Shown piece after piece: positions 52,018 to 60,143 of a stretch of 64,000 bases of DNA. The notes under the pieces are model-generated. The model saw nothing but the letters and a program-made list of their open reading frames with translations, searched no databases and was not told the origin of the DNA. Source of the DNA: an uncultured Verrucomicrobiae bacterium (GTDB lineage: Bacteria > Verrucomicrobiota > Verrucomicrobiia > Chthoniobacterales > UBA10450); NCBI GenBank assembly GCA_963834385.1, contig CAWIBO010000002.1, forward strand, positions 672,001 to 736,000, read 5' to 3'. The stretch's first letter is position 1. Every line of letters begins with the position of its first letter. Made by a program: the position numbers and the translations under genes.

Positions 52018-53685
52018 ATGGATACGCGACTCCTGATCGACGGCTTTGTTCTGCTCCTTTATTTCTTCGGAATCGTCGCCATCGGCCTCTACGCCGGGCG
52101 GCGCAACCGCGATCTCCAGGACTTCTCGCTCGGAGCCCGCTCCATCCCCTGGTGGGCGGTGCTCGCCTCGATCATCGCGGCCGAGACCAGCGCCGCCACT
52201 TTTCTCGGCACCCCGGCCGAGGGCTTCAAGACCCGCGCCTATTTCTACGGCCAGCTGGTCATCGGCACCATCCTCGCCCGCGTCATCATCGCCTACACCT
52301 TCATCAAGCCCTACTACGATTACCGCGTCCAGAGCGTCTACGAGTTCCTCACCGTCCGCTTCGGCACCGCGACCAAGAACATGGCCAGCGGCATTTTCCT
52401 TTTCACCCGCGTCCTCGGCATCGGGGTCCGCCTTTATCTCGGCGGCGCCATCATGGTCGTGGTCTGGCGTTACCTTTTCCCCGAGCTGCCGGTCAACCTC
52501 AACACCTACGTCTGGGGCATTATCTTCGTCACCGTCATCACCACGATTTATACCGCGGTCGGCGGGATCAAGGCCGTGGTCTGGACCGATCTGATCCAGG
52601 CCATCCTCATGTTCAGCTCGGTCATTTTCGCCATCATTCTCCTGCTGAAAAACATCCCGGGCGGCTTCGAGACGGTGAAGGAAAACCTCGGCGGGCTCGA
52701 CCAGATCAAGTTCGTCCAGACCGGCTGGGACGCGAGCCTGGCCTTCGGCCCGGCCCTGAAAGCGATGCTGGAGGAACCTTACACCCTCTTCGCGGCCTTT
52801 ATCGCCTCCACCCTCCTGACCATGGCCACGCACGGGACCGACCAGGACATGGTGCAGCGGATGCTGACCGCGCCCGATCATCACAAGTCGCGCCTTTCCC
52901 TCATTCTCAGCGGCATCATGGACGTGCCGATCGTGGTCGCCTTTCTCAGCGTCGGCATTCTGCTTTCCGTTTATTACGGCGTGGTCCCGGGGAAAACGCT
53001 GCCGGCGGCCGACAACGAAATCTTTGGGCACTACATCGTGCACGAGATGCCGGTGGTCTTCCGGGGTCTGATCATCGCGGGCGTCTTTGCCACCATGATG
53101 GGATCGACCTCGGCCGCCTTGAACGCGCTCGCGACCAGTTTCACGAAGGATTTTTATCTCCCGTATTTCAACCGGAACGCGACTGACCGGCAGGCCATTC
53201 GCGCCGCCCGGATTTCCACGGCCGTCTTCGGCGTCCTGATGATCATCGTGGCCACGATGGCGGCCAATGCCGTCCTGCAGGACGCGAAGCTGACCATCAT
53301 TCCGATTGCCATCGGGATTCTCGGCTACACCTACGGCGCCCTCCTGGCGGTGTTCCTGCTCGGGATGCTGACCAAGCGGCGCGGGCGCGACGGGATGAAC
53401 GTCATCGCCATGGCCATCGGCATCACCTCGGTGCTCATTCTTTGCCGTGTCTCCATTCCCGCGCTCGACCTGCTCGCGTTGTTCCGCGGCGATGTCGTCC
53501 CGGTGCACTGGCAGTTCGGTTATTTCATGCCGGGCTGGTGGCCGAGAATTTCCTGGCCCTGGTTCGTCCTGGTCGGCTGCAGCGTGACCTTCACCCTGAG
53601 CGTCCTTTTCCCCACCCCGAAGGCGCAGATCGAAGCGGCCGAGGCCCACGTGCGCAACGAGCCGCCCCCGGGTCCGCCGGTCTAG
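52018..53685 (+). CDS. Sodium:solute symporter family protein
   Basis: SIIAAETSAATFLG.P, GGIKAVVWTD, GTDQDMVQR; many TMs. Confidence 0.93.
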   Translation: MDTRLLIDGFVLLLYFFGIVAIGLYAGRRNRDLQDFSLGARSIPWWAVLASIIAAETSAATFLGTPAEGFKTRAYFYGQLVIGTILARVIIAYTFIKPYYDYRVQSVYEFLTVRFGTATKNMASGIFLFTRVLGIGVRLYLGGAIMVVVWRYLFPELPVNLNTYVWGIIFVTVITTIYTAVGGIKAVVWTDLIQAILMFSSVIFAIILLLKNIPGGFETVKENLGGLDQIKFVQTGWDASLAFGPALKAMLEEPYTLFAAFIASTLLTMATHGTDQDMVQRMLTAPDHHKSRLSLILSGIMDVPIVVAFLSVGILLSVYYGVVPGKTLPAADNEIFGHYIVHEMPVVFRGLIIAGVFATMMGSTSAALNALATSFTKDFYLPYFNRNATDRQAIRAARISTAVFGVLMIIVATMAANAVLQDAKLTIIPIAIGILGYTYGALLAVFLLGMLTKRRGRDGMNVIAMAIGITSVLILCRVSIPALDLLALFRGDVVPVHWQFGYFMPGWWPRISWPWFVLVGCSVTFTLSVLFPTPKAQIEAAEAHVRNEPPPGPPV

Positions 53686-55454
53686 CTTTTCTCGTGCAGC
53701 TTCAGGCCGAGGTCGCGCAATTGCCGCGGGTCAACGGTGGCGGGCGATTGCGTCATCAATTCCTGCCCGCGATTGTTCTTCGGGAAGGCCATCACGTCGC
53801 GGATTGATTCCTCGCCGCAGATCAGCATGACGAGGCGGTCCAGCCCGAGGGCAATCCCGCCGTGCGGCGGTGTCCCCAGGCGAAAGGCGCGCAGGAGATG
53901 GCCAAACTGGGTTTGCTGTTCCTCCGGGCTGATCCCGAGAACGTCGAACATCTCCGCCTGCAGCCCGGGCTCGTGAATCCGGATGCTGCCGCCGCCAATT
54001 TCCACCCCGTTCAGGACCACGTCGTAGGCCTCGGCCCGCACTTCCCCGAACCGCTTCTCCGCCAGCAGCGGCAGATCCTCCGCAGCCGGGCGGGTAAAGG
54101 GATGATGGACCGCGTTCCATTTCCCCGACCCCGCGTCCTGCTGGAGGAGGGGAAATTCGGTCACCCAGAGAAAATCGAGCTGATCGGAACCGGCCGTGAG
54201 CTTCTGGTACTCGGCCACGCGCAGCCGGAGCCGGCCAAGGACCTCGCAGGCCACCTCCCACTTGTCGGCGGCAAAGAGGATAAGGTCGCCTTCGGCCACT
54301 TCGAGTTTTGCCTGCAGGGTGGCCCGCTCTTCCGCCGAGAAAAATTTCACGATCGGCGATTTCCATTCGCCCTGCTCGACCTTGATAAAGGCGAGACCTT
54401 TCGCCCCGAAAGCTTTCGCCATCGCGGTCAGGTCATCCGTCTGGCCAATGGTCAAACTGGCAAAATCTTTCGCGTTGATCGCCTTGACCACCCCGCCGCT
54501 CTCAATCGCGCCCCGGAAGACCTTGAAGGCGCTCTCCCGGAAGTCCTCTGTCAGGTCAACCAGTTGCATCCCAAAACGGCGGTCGGGTTTGTCGCTGCCC
54601 CAGGTGCCGACCGCCTCGCGGTAGGTCACGCGCGGGAACGGCGTCGGAATCTCGAGGCCGCGGGCGGCCCGGAAAACCGACGCCAGCATCCCCTCGGTCA
54701 GCGCGTAGATGTCGTCCGGGCGGACAAAGGAGGACTCGATGTCGATCTGGGTGAACTCAGGCTGCCGGTCGGCCCGCAGGTCCTCGTCGCGAAAGCACTT
54801 TGCGATTTGGAAATATTTTTCCACGCCGGCCACCATGAGCAGCTGTTTATACTGCTGCGGCGCCTGCGGCAGGGCGTAAAACCGGCCGGGCGCGAGCCGG
54901 CTCGGAACCAGGAAGTCTCGCGCGCCTTCGGGGGTGCTCTTGGAAAGGATCGGGGTCTCGATCTCCACGAACCCCTGGGTGTCGAGATAATCGCGTGCCG
55001 CCTTGGTCACCCGATGCCGGGTGCGGAGATTGCCGGCCAGGCGCGGACGGCGCAGGTCGAAAAAGCGCCAGGTCAGTTCGAGATCCTCGTTGCTCAACTC
55101 GGCGTCGAGCTGAAAGGGCAGATGCTCGGCCCGGTTCAGGACTGTCAGTGCCCGGGCCACCACCTCGATTTCACCCGTGGCCAGTTTCGAATTTTCCGTC
55201 CCGGCCAGGCGAGGCGCGATGCGGCCCGTCACCTGGATCACGTCTTCACTGCGCAACTGGTGCGATTGCGCCGCCACCTCGGCATTCTCCTCGGGGCGAA
55301 AAACCACCTGCGTCAGCCCCTCGCGATCGCGCAGGTCGATGAAGATGACGCCGCCGTGGTCCCGGGTGGCGTCCACCCACCCGGCGAGGGTGGCTTCTCC
55401 GCCGACGTCTTCACGGCGCAGCTGGTTGCAATGATGGGTCCGGTATTTTTCCAT
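53682..55454 (-). CDS. aspS: Aspartate--tRNA ligase
   Basis: RDHGG, TPEGARDF, FRDEDLRADRQPEF, GGGSIR, PPHGGIALGLDR. Confidence 0.98.
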   Translation of the reverse strand: MEKYRTHHCNQLRREDVGGEATLAGWVDATRDHGGVIFIDLRDREGLTQVVFRPEENAEVAAQSHQLRSEDVIQVTGRIAPRLAGTENSKLATGEIEVVARALTVLNRAEHLPFQLDAELSNEDLELTWRFFDLRRPRLAGNLRTRHRVTKAARDYLDTQGFVEIETPILSKSTPEGARDFLVPSRLAPGRFYALPQAPQQYKQLLMVAGVEKYFQIAKCFRDEDLRADRQPEFTQIDIESSFVRPDDIYALTEGMLASVFRAARGLEIPTPFPRVTYREAVGTWGSDKPDRRFGMQLVDLTEDFRESAFKVFRGAIESGGVVKAINAKDFASLTIGQTDDLTAMAKAFGAKGLAFIKVEQGEWKSPIVKFFSAEERATLQAKLEVAEGDLILFAADKWEVACEVLGRLRLRVAEYQKLTAGSDQLDFLWVTEFPLLQQDAGSGKWNAVHHPFTRPAAEDLPLLAEKRFGEVRAEAYDVVLNGVEIGGGSIRIHEPGLQAEMFDVLGISPEEQQTQFGHLLRAFRLGTPPHGGIALGLDRLVMLICGEESIRDVMAFPKNNRGQELMTQSPATVDPRQLRDLGLKLHEKS

Positions 55455-55471
55455 GGCGAAAAAGGCCCGGT

Positions 55472-56737
55472 TCAATCCCGCGCCCGGGGGGACACACTGG
55501 AGGATTGCGTGAGGTGCGCAAGCAGCTCTTCCTGCGCGACGAGTTCCTGCGCGCCCGTGCCGAGGGTCTTGACCCCGACCTGCGGCCATTCGTCGCCATA
55601 AATCAACGCGAGGCGGGCGCCGGCCTGTTCGGCCAGTTGGAACTGCTTCCCGACTTTGGTCGCGCCCAGCGCATAATCCGCCCGGAAACCGGCATCACGC
55701 AGATCCTGCAACTGCCGGAGCGCATCGGCGCGCCGCTCTTCCTTTGCCACCACGAGGAAAAGGTCGGTCCCGCCTCCCTGGGCCAGCGCCCGCTTCATCT
55801 GCTCGCACGGACCCGTGGTGTTCTCGATCAGGTCCCCCAGGACGACGTCTCCGATGGCAAAACCGAGCGCCGGCAGGTTCACCGCGCCGTCGCTCAGCTG
55901 GTGGATGAGGTTGTCATAGCGCCCACCCCCGGCGATGGCCCGCAGTTTGCCCGCCCGGTCAAAGACCTCGAACACCACCCCCGTATAATAGGCCAGGCCC
56001 CGCACGATCCCGAGATCGATGGCCACGTAATCAGCCAGCCCGCGCGCGGCCAGGTCCGCCCGCAACTGCTCCAGGCCGGGATGGGCCGGTGGATTCTCGA
56101 TCACGGCGAAAACCTTCTCCGCGAGGGGTTGCCCCAGCCGCTCGGCCGTTTTTGCCCGCGGTTCCCGTTCACTTTTGTCGATGATCTGGAGCACCTCCGG
56201 CCACCGCTCCTCGGGAACGGCCTGCTCGCGCAGAAAATCGGTCCAGAACGCGCGGTCGCTCACGCGCACCACAAACTCATTGGCGCTGAACCCAAAGGCG
56301 CGCACGACGTCGACCGCCAGGGCGATCATCTCGGCGTCCGCGGCCGGGCCCGGCTCGCCGATGAGGTCGCAGTTGAGCTGGAAATGCTCGCGCAACCGTC
56401 CGCGCTGCTGTTTTTCGTATCGAAAACACTGGGCGATGGCGAACCACTTGAGCGGTTTCTTGAACTGGCGGTCATTCGCGGCCACCACGCGCGCCAGCGT
56501 CGGCGTCAGCTCCGGCCGCATCGCCACCTCCCGTTCCCCCTTGTCGGTGAAATTAAAAAGCTGGTGGACGATCTCCGGCCCGCTCTTTTTTTGGTAAAGC
56601 GCCGTCGGCTCCAGAATCGGGCCGTCCCACTCGACAAAGCCGTAGCCCGCCGCAGTCCGGCGCCATTGGTCAAAGAGGTAGTTCCGCCGGGCACAGTCAG
56701 CCGGCAGGAAATCGCGAAATCCGGGCAGCGTCTGCAT
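55472..56737 (-). CDS. hisS: Histidine--tRNA ligase
   Basis: RPELT, FRYE, VRGLAYYTG, GGGRYD. Confidence 0.97.
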   Translation of the reverse strand: MQTLPGFRDFLPADCARRNYLFDQWRRTAAGYGFVEWDGPILEPTALYQKKSGPEIVHQLFNFTDKGEREVAMRPELTPTLARVVAANDRQFKKPLKWFAIAQCFRYEKQQRGRLREHFQLNCDLIGEPGPAADAEMIALAVDVVRAFGFSANEFVVRVSDRAFWTDFLREQAVPEERWPEVLQIIDKSEREPRAKTAERLGQPLAEKVFAVIENPPAHPGLEQLRADLAARGLADYVAIDLGIVRGLAYYTGVVFEVFDRAGKLRAIAGGGRYDNLIHQLSDGAVNLPALGFAIGDVVLGDLIENTTGPCEQMKRALAQGGGTDLFLVVAKEERRADALRQLQDLRDAGFRADYALGATKVGKQFQLAEQAGARLALIYGDEWPQVGVKTLGTGAQELVAQEELLAHLTQSSSVSPRARD

Positions 56738-56876
56738 CAGGAACGATGGGGAACCGGCAGGCAGCCGCGGGCGCGTTCTCCTGCGAATTGAGGATGCCGT
56801 TGAATAATCCGCCCCTGCGGAGAGTCCGAGAGATTCACGGCGGAAAGCATCCGTTTAACTACAACAAAGGACAAAT

Positions 56877-57347
56877 ATGAAACACATGACATTAGCAAAA
56901 ACCCTCGGAGCCGGTGCCGCCTGCGCGCTGGCCCTGACCGGCCTGAACGCGCAAACGAGCACGACCACCACGGTCGGCACCGGTGGCGTCTCGACCAGCG
57001 TCTCGACCACCACGAGCGCCGGTTCCTTCGTGAATGTGGCCCCGAGCGGCGACTACTTCACCTTCAGCGCCACCGCCGGCGCGGAGCCGAACCGTTACTA
57101 TTACTCCAAGGAAACGACCGTGGTCGACCCGAGCGGCCGGACTGTGGCCTGGAACGAGATCCGCCCGGAAATGCCGGCCAAGGTCTATTACGTGCAGGAA
57201 GGCGACCGCATGATCGTGCGCAAGGTCGTCCTGGAACGCCCCGTGACCGTGGAAAAGACGACCACGACCACGACGGAAGCGGCCCCGGTCGTGCCGGTGG
57301 TGGAGGAGAAGAAGACCACCACGACCACGACGGTTACCAAGCCGTAG
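56877..57347 (+). CDS. Secreted Thr-rich hypothetical protein
   Basis: AAGGA RBS, signal peptide, duplicated EK(K)TTTTTT tail. Confidence 0.8.
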   Translation: MKHMTLAKTLGAGAACALALTGLNAQTSTTTTVGTGGVSTSVSTTTSAGSFVNVAPSGDYFTFSATAGAEPNRYYYSKETTVVDPSGRTVAWNEIRPEMPAKVYYVQEGDRMIVRKVVLERPVTVEKTTTTTTEAAPVVPVVEEKKTTTTTTVTKP

Positions 57348-57385
57348 TCTGAGTTTGGCGCCGGCTGAGGCCGGCGAGGGAAAAG

Positions 57386-57422
57386 AAGGCGCCCGCGGAA
57401 CGAGTTTCCGCGGGCGCTTTTC
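57386..57422. terminator. Likely bidirectional intrinsic terminator
   Basis: GCGCCCGCGGAA-cgagt-TTCCGCGGGCGC stem flanked by A-rich and T-rich runs between convergent genes. Confidence 0.8.
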
Positions 57423-57424
57423 GT

Positions 57425-58396
57425 TTAATCCGCGTAGCCGCGCGGGAAACGCTCGTGCCAGCGCCAGGCGCTTTCGATGATGGTCCCGATCTCCTGGAAC
57501 TGCGGCGACCATCCCAGCTCGCTCTTGATGCGGGCGGAGGAGGCAATCAGCCGGGGCGGATCGCCCGGCCGGCGCGGTTGCTCCGTTACCGGGATCTCGC
57601 GCCCCGTCACCTTCCGGCAGGCCTCGATCACTTCGCGGACGCTGGTGCCGCCGCCCGTGCCGAGATTGTAAAATTCACTCCGGGGCGATTGCAGGGCGAG
57701 AAGATGCGCCCGGGAGAGATCGAGAATGTGGATGTAATCCCGGATGCAGGTGCCATCCGGCGTCTCGTAATCGGTCCCGTAGATTTCCACCCGTTCCTTC
57801 TGGCCGAGCGCGACCTTGAGCACATTGGGGATCAGGTGGGTCTCAACCCGGTGATCCTCCCCGAACCTGTCCGTCGCGCCCGCGGCGTTGAAATAACGCA
57901 GGGCCACGAAACGCAGCTCGTGGATCTGGTCGTACCAACGCAGGACACGCTCGAAGGCCAGCTTGGATTCGCCATAGGGATTGATCGGGCGCTGCGGCAG
58001 CGATTCATCGATCGGGACCCGCTCGGGCGGGCCAAAGGTCGCGCAGGTGGAGGAGAAGACGAGCCGCCGCACCCCCGTGGCGACCATGCCGTCGAGCAGG
58101 TTGATCCCGTTGGTGACGTTGTTTCGGAAATACTTCGAGGGGTTCGTCATCGATTCGCCCACCAGCGCGCTGGCGGCGAAATGCATCACGGCTTCCGGCT
58201 CGGTCCGGGCCAGGATCGCCTCGAGCCCGTCGCGATCGCCCAGGTCGCCCTCGATAAACTCGGCCCGCGGGTCAATCGCCCCGCGATGACCCTCGGAAAG
58301 GTTGTCAAAGACGACAACCTCGTTCCCTTCATCGAGGAGCAGTTGCGTGCAGACGCTCCCAATGTATCCCGCGCCGCCGGCCACAAAGACTTTCAT
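57425..58396 (-). CDS. galE: UDP-glucose 4-epimerase
   Basis: GGAGYIGS, HFAA...VGES, YGESK, LRYFNAAGA, DGTCIRDYIH. Confidence 0.96.
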   Translation of the reverse strand: MKVFVAGGAGYIGSVCTQLLLDEGNEVVVFDNLSEGHRGAIDPRAEFIEGDLGDRDGLEAILARTEPEAVMHFAASALVGESMTNPSKYFRNNVTNGINLLDGMVATGVRRLVFSSTCATFGPPERVPIDESLPQRPINPYGESKLAFERVLRWYDQIHELRFVALRYFNAAGATDRFGEDHRVETHLIPNVLKVALGQKERVEIYGTDYETPDGTCIRDYIHILDLSRAHLLALQSPRSEFYNLGTGGGTSVREVIEACRKVTGREIPVTEQPRRPGDPPRLIASSARIKSELGWSPQFQEIGTIIESAWRWHERFPRGYAD

Positions 58397-58428
58397 CCGG
58401 CGAGATTTCGGCGCTGCGCGCCGCGATG

Positions 58429-58959
58429 TCAAAGAGTGGCGTTGGTCGCGCGGGGTCCCCGGCGCTGTTTTTCCTGCAGAGCGACGACCATGCGCCGGAC
58501 CTTGGCGTGCCGGCGCCGCGGGGTCAGCACCTTGAGACTTTCGGTCTCCGAGCCCCATTCCAGGATCTCGATATCAACGTGGCGAACACCCCAGCGCCGC
58601 ATCCCCACCTTCGACGTCTTGTAGAGATCAATCGTGTTCGTTCCCACAAGGGCGCCGCCGTAGTCGTCGATCTGGTAAATCTCGTTCGTTTGCAGAACCC
58701 GAAACTTCGTTCCCAGCGGATAGCGGGACCAGTCCGACGCGGCGCTGATGACGCGACTGCCGGAAAGCCGGCGGCCAAGGGCATTGCGCGGCCCGCCCCC
58801 GCCCCGCTCGGAGTGGGTGTAGGCGGTTGTCCGCACCTTGGTCACCCGGTGGGTGGATTGCTTCTGCGCCACCGGGGGCGATACCTGCGTGGCACAACTG
58901 GAGAAAACGACGATTGCGCCCAGACAGAGCGCAAGTCGCAGGGGGGTCGACTTTTGCAC
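58429..58959 (-). CDS. 3D domain-containing lipoprotein
   Basis: Lipobox FSSC; TTAY, AASDWS.YPLGT, IDDYGGA, IDLY. Confidence 0.82.
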   Translation of the reverse strand: MQKSTPLRLALCLGAIVVFSSCATQVSPPVAQKQSTHRVTKVRTTAYTHSERGGGGPRNALGRRLSGSRVISAASDWSRYPLGTKFRVLQTNEIYQIDDYGGALVGTNTIDLYKTSKVGMRRWGVRHVDIEILEWGSETESLKVLTPRRRHAKVRRMVVALQEKQRRGPRATNATL

Positions 58960-59023
58960 GATGGCGGTCAAGTAGCGGTTGAACCCGGGAGGCGCAAGCC
59001 ATAATTTCCGGCCCCGCCGCGAC

Positions 59024-59674
59024 ATGACCCCCGTATTTCCCGCCGCCCAGACCCGTGTTGCGCCCGAGGTCCTGCTGGACGGCCGACTGGCGCTTTTCCA
59101 TGAAAAAGAGCGTTGGCTGGCGGTGGCCGACCTACATTACGGGTTTGAACTGAGTCAGCGGGCAGCCGGCTGGCTCACCCCGGTCTGGGGCATGGCCTCG
59201 GTGGAGACCCAGCTCGATTCTCTCCTGGAAACATTTGTCCCGGAACGGCTTATCATTGTCGGCGACCTGGTGCACGATCGCACCGCTCTCCCGGACGTCT
59301 GCCGTCTGCTCGAGCATTTGCGGCAGAAAACCGAGGTGATCGTCGTGGCCGGCAATCACGACCGCCACCTGGGCGGCGCGGTTCCGCTGGTCTCGCACTA
59401 CGAAACACCCGGGTTCCATTTTCACCATGGGCATTGCGCGGCCGCGGCCAACGGCCGGACGCGCATCATCGGGCATCATCACCCGGCCGCCAGCCTGAGC
59501 GACGGGGCGGGGCTGCGCTTGAAGTTGCCGGCGTTTGTCCAGGAAGGCGATTGCTGGATCCTGCCCGCCTTTTCGCCCTGGGCGGCCGGGGCGGCCTGGA
59601 AACAGACGGAGGAAAGCCGCGTCTGGCTCTGCTCGCCCCGCCGGATCCTGGAAGTATCGAGAAAAGCCGCCTAG
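59024..59674 (+). CDS. Metallophosphoesterase (PdeM-like)
   Basis: ADLHYG, GDLVH, GNHD, HHGH, GHHHP, LPAFS. Confidence 0.82.
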   Translation: MTPVFPAAQTRVAPEVLLDGRLALFHEKERWLAVADLHYGFELSQRAAGWLTPVWGMASVETQLDSLLETFVPERLIIVGDLVHDRTALPDVCRLLEHLRQKTEVIVVAGNHDRHLGGAVPLVSHYETPGFHFHHGHCAAAANGRTRIIGHHHPAASLSDGAGLRLKLPAFVQEGDCWILPAFSPWAAGAAWKQTEESRVWLCSPRRILEVSRKAA

Positions 59675-60129
59675 GCGGCCGCGGTCGAGCCCAGCTCCTC
59701 GGTGCATTCCGGGCAGCGTTTCGCCTTGATCGGAATCGACTTGGTGCAGGCCGGACAATCCTTCACCACCGCCGGTGCGTTCGGCTTCGGTTTCTTCATC
59801 CGGTTAATGCCGCGTACCAGGAGAAAAATGGCGAAGGCCACGATGATGAAATTGATCACGAGGGTGAGGAAGTTCCCGTAGTTCCAGGTGATGGCCCCGA
59901 GCTTTTCCGCCTCTGCCGGGGTGGAAAACGAACCGCCCCCGGGGGCGTCCTTCAAGACAATGAACATGTTGGAGAAATCGAGTCCGCCCGTGAGCAGGCC
60001 AATCACCGGCGTGATGAGATCTTTGACGAGCGAGGAAACAATGCCGCCGAAGGCGGCGCCAATGATGACACCAACCGCCAGATCAAGGGCGTTGCCCTTG
60101 ATGGCGAATTCCTTGAATTCTTTCCACAT
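59671..60129 (-). CDS. mscL: Large-conductance mechanosensitive channel with C-terminal zinc ribbon
   Basis: [24 protein letters not shown]; tail CPAC...RCPEC. Confidence 0.95.
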   Translation of the reverse strand: MWKEFKEFAIKGNALDLAVGVIIGAAFGGIVSSLVKDLITPVIGLLTGGLDFSNMFIVLKDAPGGGSFSTPAEAEKLGAITWNYGNFLTLVINFIIVAFAIFLLVRGINRMKKPKPNAPAVVKDCPACTKSIPIKAKRCPECTEELGSTAAA

Positions 60130-60143
60130 AACAAATCAGTGAC

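Noticed and set aside
51589..53649. Long antisense ORFs (e.g. 51589..53649, 6040..7950, 3302..4984, 53862..55601)
   Set aside because: Shadow frames of real high-GC genes on the opposite strand, with no motifs.
57230..57345. ACC/ACG repeats
   Set aside because: They encode poly-Thr tracts of the secreted protein and are not a separate element.
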